From: Callorhinchus milii
Taxonomy: Eukaryota
Length of the DNA: 64,000 nt
Direction: 5' to 3'
Assembly: GCF_018977255.1 (NCBI RefSeq)
Contig: NW_024704742.1
Span: forward strand, 51,524,001 to 51,588,000
Made by a program: the position numbers and the translations under genes. The stretch's first letter is position 1. Each line of letters opens with the position of its first letter. Below the pieces are notes generated by a model, which was not told where the DNA came from, ran no database searches, and saw only the letters and a program-made list of their open reading frames with translations. Positions 1 through 12,574 of the stretch are shown in pieces.

Positions 1-524
1 ACTTAAAGAGTGGTTAGAGTTGGAAATCAGTTTAGAAAAAGACTTGACAAGTTTACAAGTTTAGTTTTGGAACCACAGTTTTGTACATCAGCAGAAATGT
101 GAAGTTTATTGTTACCCTTCCAATGTAAAGTGTGTTTGTTTAACTTTTGATATTACTTTTTAGTTTATACACTGTTTCAAAGAGTTATGTGTCTAAGTCG
201 GGAAGGAAATGGTTTGTATTACCATTTTCCTGTATGAATTACAATGAAATGATTTGTTGATGAATATATCTGGTGTTCTCAATTACTGTGGGTTCTGTCA
301 TTTTTAAAAAAAAATTCTTTCCTACACAGGCTTTCTATCAATGACTGAATTAAAAGTAAATGTAGGTATCCTTTCCTTACAGACTCCGACACCTGAAGCA
401 ATAGTCACCTGTAAATCACTGGATAGGCACTGGTCAAAAACAATACTTCACTTTCAATAAGTGCATTTATTGAGACAATCAAAAATATCAGCTAGTTCCC
501 TCCAATAACACAGCAATCTTTTTC

Positions 525-1285
525 CCATGAACTGAGATATGCAGACAAAGAGAGTTTTAGGTTTGATTTCCCCATAATGCAAAGACAACTGAACTTACTC
601 AGGGTGGCATTAGGGTTCACTGCAGTGGACCTCAATGTCCCAGATTAGTGTTTATGGATACCTCCCCAGCTCAGCGTCAGGCACTGCCACTGTTAAGCCG
701 TCAGAGATTCTGCCCTGTGTTAAATGCGCCATATAAATGCAATTTTAGTTTGGAGAGGATAATCAGTGATCCTGCTCCTGATTGCTATCCAGCAACTTGT
801 AGAGGTTCAGGATTCAGCTCAGCTGCAATAGTCTCCTTTGATAGGGTTTGCAATCCCATATGGTAATGATGCTCCCAAAATCCCGGGATTCATTGAAAAG
901 AATCCCAGGATTTCAGGATTGTGCAAAGACCAAGCCCGGGTGGAAGGGAAGGGTGTGTCTTTCTGCTCTGCTGGAAGCGGGCCACACATTGCTGTGAGGA
1001 TGAGCTGGTGGGACTGGACGGGCAGGTGTTCAAATCTCTGGGCTCCCTCCCCGCAGAGGGACGTTCTCTCTGAGGTACCTTGCTGCTGCGGAGAACAACC
1101 GTGGGCATCCTGAACGAAGTAAGATTTGGGATCTCATAATTTGGGGCATTAAAATCCCTAAATCTCAGGATTCCCAAACAGTACTGGGAATGTAACCCCA
1201 AACTGGATAGCCTGCCAATATCTCCTTTCCAGCCTTATACTTCAAGAACGACCAATTGAGTGAGGTATTGATGAACAGCACCAAT
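525..1285 (+). mobile_element. Ancient SINE (AmnSINE2-like, tentative), interrupted by an L2 tail (~655-750) and a MITE (842-1200)
   Basis: Collinear blocks shared with 4318-4600 and 31825-32082 (ggttc/tgat B-box-like, cctgctcctgattgctatccag, ggatagcctgccaa..gaggta). Family name from recall only. Confidence 0.55.
842..1200. mobile_element. Non-autonomous DNA transposon (MITE, hAT-like)
   Basis: Imperfect TIRs tagggtttgcaatccca / tgggaatgtaacccca with repeated subterminal atccc/gggat motifs. No TSD visible. Confidence 0.55.
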
Positions 1286-1309
1286 GTTATAAAGAAGAGT
1301 CAAGCATCT

Positions 1310-1670
1310 TCACAAGCTGTACAGCATCCAGAAACAGCTGCAGAGTTCTCGATCATGCACCCCGATTCTCGATTGGCTCCACCTACTCCCCATCTTCTGG
1401 TGGATTGAATTCCAGATCCTCATCCTCACGTTCCAATCCCTCACCCAGCTTATCTCGGAAATTTCCTGCAAACCTACCTGTCTGCTCCTTCTACTCAGCT
1501 CATATCAGCCTGTTACATGTCCCTGGTTTGATTTGCCCCATGATTGGTGGACAAGCTTTCAACCATTCTGACCCACTCTCTGGAACTCCATCCTGGAGCC
1601 CCTCCACCTTTTCCCTTTCCCCCACCTTTAAAACCTATCTAAAGACCCATCTTTTCGACCACACTTGTTG
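1310..1670 (+). mobile_element. Old L2 ORF2 3' remnant
   Basis: Degenerate match to 51670-52050 (ttgaattccagatcctcatcctcac, ctctggaactcc, aagacccatcttttcgacc). Confidence 0.75.
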
Positions 1671-2419
1671 GGTGACCCGGATCCCACACTCAGGTTTGAC
1701 GAAGATTAAGGAAGCTGCTCATTTGGTTTTCCTTCCCTGTGTGGAGAGCGTGGTCTTGTATGAGTCCCAGAGACTAACACCTCATTGAAGCGTTGCCGGT
1801 GTGCTGTTTTCCAGGTGGCAGAGAGGCCTTCCCAGTATATTACTTGCATTTATATGGCACCTTAGAGATAAAACTATAACGCCTTGGAAGGCAATTTACA
1901 AAATATAATAAAATCATTGGAAGTGAATGGTGTTATATAGACGGTTAATCTGCAATATGCAAAACAATGAGATGAGCGGCCAGTGAATTTGATTGTATTG
2001 TGCAATTTTGCAATCAACTTCACTGAGATGATTGTGGCTCCTGATATTATCAAAACAAGGGGAGTGTATTAGACTGTTGCTGTCCAGGCTATGGCAACAT
2101 CATCCACAAACATGCCACAGGGAGACTGTTTCAGCACTGGAGATGTATCATTAATAATGATTATTAAAAACAGGACAAGAACCCTCAACTGAACCCTCTA
2201 GGAAAGTAAAACAAACTGTTTGAGACAGAGACTAAATACCAGTCATAGGCTTCTGTAATCTAAAACTAATTGTAGTACAGGCTCTGAATCAAGTGAGTCC
2301 TAACAGACTTTTAGCTTTCACTGGGATTTTGAGCTCATTATGGTGAAGGTTGACAGGTTAAAACCAGAGACTCCCATGGTCTGCTGTGACATGGCTGAGT
2401 AGCATTGCTTAAAGTTCTC

Positions 2420-2652
2420 ACTTTCAGCCACTAAGCCCTGAAGTTTTGGAACTCTCTCCCTCAATCTCTCCATCTTGCCCCCTCCTTCCCCTCTTTTAGA
2501 TCACGACTGAAGACCTTCCTCTTCAACTGTTCTTATGGTTAGCTACTCCCTCCATCTGGCTCGGTGTTGGGCTCCGCCACTGCTAAGCGCTCAGAGACAC
2601 TGCCCCGCATGAAGAGCACTCTATAAATGCAATTTGCTGTTTTTGTTGTGGT
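2420..2652 (+). mobile_element. Old L2 3' end
   Basis: ggaactctctccctcaa..gaagaccttcctcttcaac, then the tail agcactctataaatgcaattt..ttgttg. Confidence 0.7.
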
Positions 2653-3205
2653 TCTCAGCAATACTCGGACAGTGCCTAACAGCCCAGATATTGAATTAAG
2701 GGAGCAGAGTGCGGGGGCTGCATATTGCTCACGTGAAGTACTTGATCCTTTGTGGATGTCACAGGTTTTATATTTCAGCTAGTTCTCTCCCTACAGCATA
2801 ACTATCAGTTGAAGGATTCTCTGAAGTTATCAAGTGGATAATTCTGCCGTTGTGGAGCAGTACGACACTCACCAGACATTGGGCCTGCTACCCAGCGCCT
2901 TTGGTTCTACAGCTGATTCTGTTCTGAACAGTTTGAGATAATGGGGTTCAAAATGTGGAGGTTCACAACACTGCTTTCTAAGAGGAACCCAGAGGTACCA
3001 ATGGGGAATAGTAATCATCACAATCAACTCCGGTAAAATGCCAGTTCGGAACAGAGATCCTGCGAGCTCCCTGCGATGTGTTGCTGGTTACTGCCAGCTT
3101 TCCCCCTGAGCAACTCTGAGTTGCTTTTAGTTGTGAAGCACAACTTTTTAAATCTCAACACGATATTTGATAGTAAAGGTTATTAAGATCTGCCATAAAA
3201 ATAAT

Positions 3206-3575
3206 GGAGTCCCATAGTGTAGCGGTTAGTGCGCTTGCCTCATAAGCAAGAGGACTTGGGTTTGATTGCCAGGTGGGGTGAAACCTTAGGCAAGTTTCCT
3301 TACTCCACACACCTCTGTTTACCTAGCAGGAAGTAGGAACCTGGTTGTTAGTCGATTTGGTGGATTGCTTTCCAGGGTAATAATCCCTCCAAAAAACAAA
3401 ATTTGGTCACTCAATCCAGGACTGTTTGTGGGACACGGCTGTGTGCAATTGGCTGCCACATTTCACCCCAAAAATACACAGTAAATTCACTTTACAATAT
3501 ATTCTGTAAAGAGTTTTGAAATGTCTCAACGACATGATAAGGCACTATATCAAATGCTAGAATTATTATTGTTAT
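3206..3575 (+). mobile_element. Full-length tRNA-headed SINE with L2-type tail
   Basis: Degenerate A/B boxes; body ggcaagtttccttactcc..ctgtttgtgggacac; tail gcactatatcaaatgc..(att)n. About 20 full or partial copies in the window. Confidence 0.9.
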
Positions 3576-3731
3576 AAAATATTAGCGATGAATCTTGGGT
3601 AGTCAGTTAAGATCTACACTGGAAAGATCTCTCTGTCTTATAGAACACAGCACATCGGCAACACTTCAATTAGCTGTTATTCTCTGGGACTCTTCCGAGA
3701 CATCCTTGTGCAATCTTAAAGGTTGAAGAAT

Positions 3732-4250
3732 ACAACAACAACAAGATTTCATTTACAGAGCGCCTTTCATGTCGGGAGGACGTCCCAAGGCGCTGGACAG
3801 TTGGGTCAGGACCCGAGCAGGGGGGAAATGGTCAGGGTGAGGGGAGGTTGTATATAATACAACAACAACAATTTGCACTTATATAGTGCCCTTCCTGGCC
3901 GATGGCATCTCAGAGCGTTACAATTTACGTTAATACATCACCTTTCATGTCAGGAGGATACCTCAAAGTACATTCAGAGTTCTGGCTGGGCACCTGAATG
4001 GTGGGTGGGAGCTGAGGGCGGTGGGGAAGGGAAAGATGATTGAAAGTGAGTTCAAAAAAGTACGTTTTGTGATATGCCTTGAAAGAGGTGAAGGAGAGAG
4101 TGAGTCGGGGTCACTGTGGGATGGAGTTCCAGAGATTGGGGGTAGAATGGGGTAGAATCCATCCATTGATGATGGTGGAGCGAATATTGTAGGGGACATG
4201 AAAGCAGACTGGTATGCGCTGAGTAAAGTGAGCGGCCCAAGTCAGAGGGA
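3732..4250 (-). mobile_element. Young L2 tail (3732-3846) plus older L2 3' ends
   Basis: (caa)n gatttcatttacagagcgcctttca..gggaggacgtcccaaggcgct is near-identical to the reverse complement of 52150-52270. Confidence 0.85.
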
Positions 4251-4317
4251 CCCTCCGTTGTTATGATATTCTGCTTATCTAACACATGGTTAACACAGAA
4301 ATCACAGCCTCTCGCAG

Positions 4318-4600
4318 TCAGTGCTGAGTTAGCTGATTATAATTAGAGCAGCATATTGGGACACTCAGGTTTAGAGAGGGGAAATAAAGCAGGATTCCTG
4401 TTCCTAATTGGTACCCAGAGACACCCCTCCCCACGTCGGAAGGTCTATATAAATGTCTGGTGAGGAGAGAGGATCAGGCTCTGCTGTATTACTTCTCATG
4501 GCTGAAGAGTCTGCCAATTCTCACTGTCAAATCTCACTTGTAAATAATGGTCTCTTGGCTGAGGATCTGGAGCACGGCAAGCGAGTGTGAGCTTGTATCC
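4318..4600 (+). mobile_element. Ancient SINE (AmnSINE2-like, tentative)
   Basis: gtgctgagttagctgat..ggattcctgttcctaattg..ggtgaggagagaggatcaggct; homologous to 525-1285. Confidence 0.55.
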
Positions 4601-4678
4601 TGGGTGAAAGTAACCACCAACAGAAAGGGAGGAGAGAAGAGTAGAAAATTAGAGGACCTCATAACGACAGCACTACAG

Positions 4679-4855
4679 TAATAATAATAGTAATCCTTGT
4701 ATTTGATATAGTGCCTTATCATGTCTTTGAAACGTCTCAAAGTGCTTCACAACATTTAGTGTCAAGTGAATTGAGTGTATATTTTGTGGGCAAAATGCAG
4801 CAGCCAATAGCGCACAGCAGTGTCCCACAAACAGTCGTGAATTGAGTGACTGCAT
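4679..4855 (-). mobile_element. tRNA-SINE 3' half
   Basis: (aat)n ccttgtatttgatatagtgcc..cagtgtcccacaaacagtc. Confidence 0.9.
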
Positions 4856-6404
4856 TTTTTAAAAAAATTTAAAATAAATAAGTATTCCCCTTTAAGAGTC
4901 AGTTTTATGTAGTAAATTCCTCTCCTACTATTTCTGTTAAACTACTTGCTCCTCACTTTTAAAAGCCATTAGTGAAATGTAACCAGTTTCAGCCATCTGG
5001 CTGCAAGTCAAACTTCAGTCTCCCGAGGTGAAGAGAACAGTTCATGGCCTCATCTGGTCTCTCAGAGGTGTCTCATCAGCATTCTGTGATATAGTGTAAC
5101 AAGCAGAACCCACTTAATCATGGGATACAGTAATAATAGATTTGTGCAGGAGAACAAGAATAAACATAATAAACTGTGGCATACTTGTGTATATATCTTC
5201 CGAATGAAATATAGACATTCATTGCAAAAGTCTGAACCTAACACTGCGGGTTATTCTCTTCAGTCCCAAAGAGACCCCAAAAGACTTTGTTCACTGCCAA
5301 CCTTGTTTAAAACCAGGTGCAGAACTTGGCTCTGGACATTGGTTTACTTTATTTAATGCGAGTCTCAATGCTCTTTGACAAAGCTTTAATACTATATTCA
5401 TATAGCTGTTCTCAGCAATTTTTCCTTGTGAGCACCTGGCTTGTTCCACTGTGTTGGCTGAAGTGTGTGTTGAGTTGCTTGTTCTCAGTTATCACTCAAA
5501 GAGTTGGAAAGAGTTTCCAAACATAGCTTAATTTAAATTGAAGTGAATGTGCCTCTGTGAGTGCCTGACAATGTACATAGTAATGCAAAGTGACACAAGC
5601 TTACAGTAGCACTTCTGATATTGGGTCTAATTTACAATACAGTATTTGCAAACTGGATTGTTTGCAAAATTTGTGGCGAATCACAAATACCAGTTGTCAA
5701 AATCAAAAAAATAGGCCAATGAGCAAACCAGCAAATGTTTCCTACTCATTGTGTTTCTCCCAGTGACCTGATCAGCTATTCCCCCAGATAAATGAGGTCA
5801 TTCACTTCATGGCTGTTACCTTGATATTGTTGTGTGTAAACTGGTTACAGTATATCCTGTAAAGTGCTTTGAGATGTCCTCCAATGTGAAAGACACTATA
5901 TCGAATGTAAGGATTATTATTATTGTTGTTTATCATCTTAGGTTATTTTAAATGTTTTTTTTGAAAGGCAACATGCTAGGGTTAAATAGTATCCATGTGG
6001 GGATGAACAAATAATCCAAATTTTTTGCTTGATTACAACAGCAATTTGTATTTATCTAGCACCTTTCACATCAGGAGGATACCGCTAAATGCTTCACCCA
6101 ACTTATTAACTAAGTGCTTCGAGATGCTACCCTGCATGACAGGTGCTATATGAACGCAAGTTGCTGTTTTTAACTTAGCACCTGAGCTGGTGCAGGGTGG
6201 GGGAAAAGGTGATGAAAACATAGATCTTAAACCATTAGGGGATCAAAGCGCATCAGAGCAAAGCTTGCCTCAGGGATTGTTGGGCTGAATCCAATGGCAG
6301 GGTAGACTTTATGTAGTCTGTGTAGAGAGCAAGCTTGATGGCCTAAATGGCCTTTTTTCATTGCAATTTCTTTCATTTGCTCATATTCTTATTATAGTCT
6401 CTGT

Positions 6405-6585
6405 CGGGGTGGGCCAACCTTTTGGCCTCTGGGTGCCAGATGCCCTATTTGAGAAATGTCAGCGGGCTGCATAAGTAATACTTTTGTGTTTCCATTCCAG
6501 AAACATAGCATTGGGTGGGCCCGATGAAATGGAGGGATGGGGGCTGGACGGAATCGGCCCACGGGCCACTAGTTGGACCAAACTG
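6405..6585. mobile_element. hAT/Charlie-like MITE
   Basis: Ends cggggtgggccaac / gttggaccaaactg with subterminal ggcccacgggcc; same end type as 29873-30238. TSD not clear. Confidence 0.6.
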
Positions 6586-6789
6586 GTTATGTGTATCATT
6601 CTGTTAATGCCAGAAATGGGTATTAGTCTATCTTGTCCTAAAACAATTTTAAAAAACTGTTATCGTCTTCTGTGGTGCTGTGACTGTGCCTTGGGCCCTA
6701 GTGGAATGCATCAAACAAGAGGTAGCCATCAATTTTATAAATGCTAAATATCTAGAAAAACTATAAGCACAAGAATCTGCTTTTTCAAG

Positions 6790-7000
6790 CAAAGGCTGGC
6801 CCTTTCCTAGAAGAATTGAATATAAGAGTAGGAAAGTAATGTTAAATGAACATAAAACCTTGGTTAGACCATATATGGAGTACAGTGCACAGTGTTGGTC
6901 ACCATATTACAGGAAGGATATTGTAGCATTGAAGAATAAACACAACGAAAGATTTGTTAGGCCAATTGGCCTGTTTCCGTACTGTACCATTCTATAATTA
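6790..7000 (+). mobile_element. CR1 fragment
   Basis: gaatataagagtagg..aaccttggttagacc..ggagtacagtgcacag..tggtcaccatattacaggaagg (RP.LEY..Q.WSP.Y motif region). Confidence 0.8.
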
Positions 7001-8493
7001 TCTTTAAAATCCTTGACACTAGACTTCTAACCTATGCTGTATCAATAATATGATGTGTCTCAGGATGTCCTCCTGATGTGGAAGGTGCTACACAAATATA
7101 ATATGTTGCTGTTCTTTGCATGATGTTTTGAGTACTATAAATTTATAAACATTATCAATTTAAAAAGCTCAGTAGCAGCATGCTATCACAACAATGGTTG
7201 CTAAATTTGAAATATTCAGATTTTTTGTTACTGTTCTATTATAGCACAATAGTATAATATTATTTCAATTCAATGGAAGAAACGTCACTGAGGAAGTGCT
7301 GGCAAGTGCTATGGAAACAAAACTTGTGCATGCTAACCCTCCACAGGATGTGTGCTGCCATAAGTTGTGTCTCCGAGAATATAGCTGAGTCTCTGCAGAG
7401 TAGAGCAGGCATTGGAGAGATGCCCTTGACAGGAGGATTAAGGTCATTTTGAGTGTGTGTTCTGCACTTTCCAATGTTGCAGCAGTGATTACAGCAAATG
7501 AACAATGCACCATCTGAGCTGGCGATGGCTGACTCAGATACTTGACGGAACATTTATTTCTTCATGTTCCCCACGGAGCCTGAGCCAGCCCACAGGGCAA
7601 ACTTCAAGCACTGCTAATAAGAGGTTATATAGATCAGCAGGTACTTGATCTGAGCATGGAATTCCAATAGACCAAGCCACTTCCCATTCACTGCCAAGGC
7701 ATTGAATTCTCAATCCAAGTATAACACTTAAATAAAGAAAATTTTGATCCAGGCATAAACTGTATCCAAATGCCCAGTTTTTAACATTCAGCAAACAAAT
7801 CTTAATCCATGGCACCTAGCAATACAAAGAGAAATCAAACCACTTTGATGTAAGGTATACATTGAAGCAGAATTTTCTGTTGTTATTTCTATGATAATTA
7901 CAGTATGGTCTGTGGCTGATTATTGATTCACTTTATTCATTATCTTTTCACTTTGGGAATATATGAGGGAGAATGGAATAGAGGGGTGTAGAAGGAGGGA
8001 ATAGGAGGGGTAGGGGCCAATGTGGAGTTTAAACACTGGCACAGACTGCAAGAGTTGAATGGCCTGTGACTATCATCTATCACTCTATTGTGTAATTATT
8101 GTAACTCTATGCTCCATGAGGCTCAAACTAGTCAATTCACAGACTGTTGGATATTAAAAGAGCCAGCATTCACTTATATTTCTTCTTGTTTTCTCATAAT
8201 CCCACAAAATAAGTTGCAGGAATGCAATTACAAAGCAGGCCTATTGCAGTATTCATAAAGCAAGTTAAAGTGCCCTATTAAAATTATTCTAAAAGGATCA
8301 TTAGTTTTCACACAAGTATCAGACCCGTCTGGGAAAAGGGCAGGTAAATGCAAGTGAAAGGATTTCTCTTTTAAAGAGCGAGCACAGACATGATGGGCTA
8401 AATGGCCTTCTGTGCTCCAATTTTTATGGTCTTTCCCCTATTTGATGTGGGGAAATGCCTGTCTATTACTCTATTACTTGACCACTAGCCACA

Positions 8494-9540
8494 GTTTTTT
8501 TTTATCTGACACATGTGAAAACCCATCATCATGCTTAAGAGTATTCAAACCAAGCTGAGATTTCCATGCATCCCACCTAGTCATGAAATCCCAGAGATAG
8601 ATTGTTGGAATGGAATGCATACTCTCTCCCTGGAGGGACACATCCTGCTTACCTAATTCTGGAAAGTATTAGGTACAGATTGGTAAGAGCCAAGACTTGG
8701 AGACCCAGAGTATGTGTTGCGGTACTGCTGGAATCTAACCAGCTAAAACAGTGTGGCTTGCCATTCAGAGCACTGTCTGGCAAGCTTTCCCATTGCTTGT
8801 CCAGCTGGGGCCTACTCATTAGGGCTTTGGCTTGCAGGGTTAACAGGAGCTGAGTGGGATAATTCCCTGCCCCCAGTGACTGGTCTGCCCTTCCAAGTCC
8901 TGCCAATGACCCAGGCTGGCTGTGCTGTTATTAGCAGTGCTGCTGGAGTACTGTAGCCCTGCCTGGCTCAGCAACTGGACTACCGAGACCACTACAGAGA
9001 GCTGGATCGATTCCAATATTCAGTTGCCAAACATGTCACTTTGGAGCCAGTTCAACTCCAAGAAGACCCCTCAAGGAGGATAGTCACTAGTTGGTCGTTC
9101 GACATCGAACAGGCGTGGGTTTGAGCCCTCACTAGGTGGATAGTAGGTAACAAGAACTCCCTGCGAGTGTCCCAGTGGGTAACACTGCTCAACATGAAGT
9201 GCATGAGAGCATTGACACCACCTTCCTGTCCACAGCTCGGGCACATGTCCCTTCCAATTCAGCAATGGCTCCACCGTTGGAGGTGCGCAGTTTAAGCAGC
9301 AGCTGCTTGCCTCACTGCAAGCCAATCAAGGTGGGGTCCAGGCACTGTATGTAAAAACGTGTGTTCATAAACCCGGACTCTAGATAATGCCTTTCCACAG
9401 CTGTCGTCCCAAGCCTCAGAGTTTCCTCATCAGCTATCTGCCAGGCATCTCCTTCAGTGTGGTAGTAGGACCTTTACAGGACAGCTTGTGATGTGCTAGC
9501 CACCTTGATATTCTCGAGATCTTAACCAAATACCATGTAA
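8494..9540 (-). mobile_element. 3' ~1 kb of an old unclassified non-LTR retrotransposon (RTEX-like C-terminus, tentative)
   Basis: A-rich 3' end at ~8494. Broken minus frames read GKQLLLKLRT..CPSCGQ..LMHFML..RREFL. Homologous pieces at 32335, 39428, 44985, 58470, 59052, 62495. Confidence 0.65.
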
Positions 9541-9604
9541 CTGTCACATTGTAACACAGGTGTCCTAAGGCGAGTTCAGAGAGGACAGAAACCTCCTGTG
9601 GAGC
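9541..9604 (+). pseudogene. 28S rRNA-derived fragment (64 bp)
   Basis: ctgtcacattgtaacacaggtgtcctaaggcgagttcagagaggacagaaacctcctgtggagc aligns without gaps to vertebrate 28S as I recall it (57/64). Confidence 0.85.
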
Positions 9605-9889
9605 CACAGTTCCATGATGGAGATGGGGAACTCAGTGTGTGAGCAGCTGGTGGTACACACAATCATCCCAGCTCTGTGTGACATAACACACAGGAGCACT
9701 CCTGAGAATAGCCTTCAAGCAAGTTACTGCTGATACTTGCCCAAAGTCTATATGAATTACCTTTGTGAACCACAGTGGTATTGGGTGAATTGTTGAATGA
9801 TTAATTTGTAGTGGTGCAAATATTGTAACTATTTTTACCCAAAGTTTATATGAAATCTGATCCTGTCCTATGATATTTCTTGACGATCT

Positions 9890-10000
9890 ATAATAATAAT
9901 AATTCTTGTATTTGATATAGCGCTTTTCATGTCTTTTTGATGTCTCAAAGCGCTTCACAGAATAGACTGTAAAGTGAATTGACTGTATATTTGTGGGCAA
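9890..10000 (-). mobile_element. tRNA-SINE 3' tail
   Basis: (aat)n tcttgtatttgatatagcgcttttca..tatttgtgggc. Confidence 0.85.
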
Positions 10001-10654
10001 AACTAGTGACCCACTTATTAGGAATGACTGCAGTAACAGGTACTAAATAATTAATTTAAAGGCAGAACAACACTGCTAACAGCAAGTTAAATTCAGGTTC
10101 AAAGTAAGTGTTTTTTTTATTGGGAATTATCCGTATCTGGAGATCCCATTGGACTGTTTTGAATTAATCCAACGCCCTGCTTAGTGGGTCAAATATTTCA
10201 CTAGCACAGATTTTAGGTATAGGAATGTACTGTGCAAAGCATGGTAAGCTTCTGAAATCAGTTGAGTAGTTAATCGTCAAGTCAATACCTCACTCAGACA
10301 ATCCAGGTTCCCTACCCAGAATAATCTGTGCTTTGGTACTGAAGGCAAACCATCAAGAGGGATAGTTTGCTTAAAACAAACATTTCAGGGGAGATTTTCC
10401 AAAGGTCAGTATGTTTACAGAGCTTTGAGTGTGAGTTTATAATGGGATTTTACTGCCACGGCTCATAAATAGATAGACAGGCAAATGCATAGACAAACAA
10501 AGAGACAGTTAAATGGATCGATAGTGACAGAGAGAAAGATGGAAGAATAGAGAAAGAGAGACACAGTGGGAGAGAAAAACAGATAATAATATTGTAATAA
10601 TCCTTGCATTTGGTATAGCACCTTATTGCCTTGATTAACTTAGCGAAGGCTAGT

Positions 10655-11035
10655 GTGTCAGTCTGGCTTAATTGGTAGCATTTTTGCCTGTGACTCAGAT
10701 GATTGAAGCCACATGTCGGGGCTTTGGACTCATGTAGTCTATGTGACATTCCAATACAATGTTGGAGATGTGCAGCATTGCCAAAGATCCTATCTGACTG
10801 CTCGGGTGACCTTTAAGATCCCATGCCACTATTTGAAAAGAGAAAGGTGTTCTGGCCAGGAGTCCTACAAATAAAATTGGTCACTCACTTCATGGCTGTT
10901 TGTCAGACATTGCTGTGTACACAATAACTGTTACGTTTCACCTCCAAAATACGCAGCCACTACACTTTACAGCATATCCTATGTAGGCTTTGAGAAGTCC
11001 TCCCGACATGAAAGGAACTATATCAAGTATGTCTT
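10655..11035 (+). mobile_element. Deu-domain SINE (SacSINE1/AmnSINE1-like)
   Basis: gtcagtctggct..tgactcag head; aagatcccatgccactatttgaa Deu core; L2-type tail gtcctcccgacatgaaagg. Confidence 0.8.
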
Positions 11036-11080
11036 TTATTAATTGTAACTGTGTATTTGGAGATTATTCAGCAATAGAGA

Positions 11081-11357
11081 GACAGGAAGATACATAGAGA
11101 GACAGGAAGATACATAGAGAGATGGGAAGATACATAGAGAGACGGGAAGATACATAGAGAGACGGGAAGATACATAGAGAGACGGGAAGATACATAGAGA
11201 GACGGGAAGATACATAGAGAGACGGGAAGATACATAGAGAGACGGGAAGATACATAGAGAGACGGGAAGATACATAGAGAGACGGGAAGATACATAGAGA
11301 GACGGGAAGATACATAGAGAGACGGGAAGATACATAGAGAGACGGGAAGACACATAG
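11081..11357. repeat. 20-bp minisatellite (gacgggaagatacatagaga) x ~14
   Basis: 13 full units plus a partial one; the ten units at 11141-11340 are identical. Confidence 0.98.
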
Positions 11358-12062
11358 GATCATAGAATCGTACAGCACAAAAAGAGGCCATTCGGCACAT
11401 CGAGTCTGTGCCGGCTCTTTAAAAAGAGCAATGCAACATCAATTCCACTCCCCAGCCCTTTCCCCATAACCCTGCAAATTCATCCTCCTCAAATACCCAT
11501 CCACCGCGTTTTTAAAAGTTGTTATCGAATCGGCCTCCACCACCCTTTCAGGCAATGCGTTCCAGATTCGAACAACTCGCTGCGTGAAAACATTTCTTCT
11601 CACCTCCCCTCTGCTTCTTTTAGAAGCTATTTTAAATCTGTGACCTCGTCACCGACACACCCACCAGTGGAAACAGTTTTTCCCTTTCTAACCTATCAAA
11701 TCCCCTCATGATTTTGAAGACCTCTATTAGGTCTCCTCGTAACCTTCTCTACTCCAATGAGAATAATCCTAGTCTCTCTAGCCTTTCCTCATAATCAAGG
11801 TCCCTCATTCCTGGTACCATCCTTGTAAATCTTCTCTGCACCCTTTTCAATGCCTTAACTTCCTTTCTATAGTGTGGTGCCCAGAACTGGGCGCAGTATT
11901 CTAACTGAGGCCTAACCAGTATTTTATACAGGTTAATCATAACCTCCCGACTCTTGTACTCTATGCCCCTATTTATAAAGCCTAGTATCCCATATGCCCT
12001 TTTTACAGCTTTATCTACCTGTCCTGCCACCTTTAAGGATTAATTTACCTGAACCCCCAGGG
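11354..12062 (-). mobile_element. CR1 LINE 3' end
   Basis: ORF 11749-12030 (LYKILVRPQLEYCAQFWAPHY..VQRRFTR..LGLFSLE); catagaat-type tail at ~11354. Confidence 0.95.
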
Positions 12063-12574
12063 TTCCTTCATCCCCTTATTTAAGAAAGGATGTACTCGCC
12101 TTGGAGGGGGTACAATGTAGATTCACTAGGTTGGTACCTGGATGAGGGGGATGAGTTATGAGGATAGGTTGAGCAATTTAGGCCTATATTCTCTAGAATA
12201 CGGAAGAATGAGAGATGGTCTTATAGAAACCTATAAGATTATTAAGGGGCACGACAAAATAGATAGTGGGAGACTTTTTCCCCTGGTTGGAGAAACTATA
12301 ACCAGGGGTCACAGTCTTAAAATTAGGGGTAAGCCCTTTCGCACTGAGTTGAGGAAAAACTTCTTCACTCAGAGGGCAGTGAATTTATGGAATTCTCTAC
12401 CCCAAAGGACTGTAGATGCTCAGTCCTTGAACATATTCAAGACTGAGATTTATAGATTTCTTGTGGATAAGGGGATTAAGGAATATGGGGATAAGGCAGG
12501 TAGGAATGGCAGGACAGGCTAGAGGGGCCGAATGGCCTACTCCTGCTCCTCATTATTATGTTCTTATGTTCTTA
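12063..12574 (+). mobile_element. Second CR1 subfamily 3' end, nested in opposite orientation
   Basis: ORF 12142-12522 (YEDRL..LGLYSLE..TRGHSLKI..FFTQRAVNLWNSLP); tail (tatgttct)2. Confidence 0.95.

Noticed and set aside
7347..7442. Exon after gctaaccctccacag
   Set aside because: Poor donor and unrecognised peptide.
9541..9604. Functional rRNA gene
   Set aside because: Only 64 bp, mutated, with no flanking rDNA.
11039..11400. Three overlapping repetitive ORFs, or a CRISPR-like array
   Set aside because: Translations of a 20-bp minisatellite; no unique spacers.
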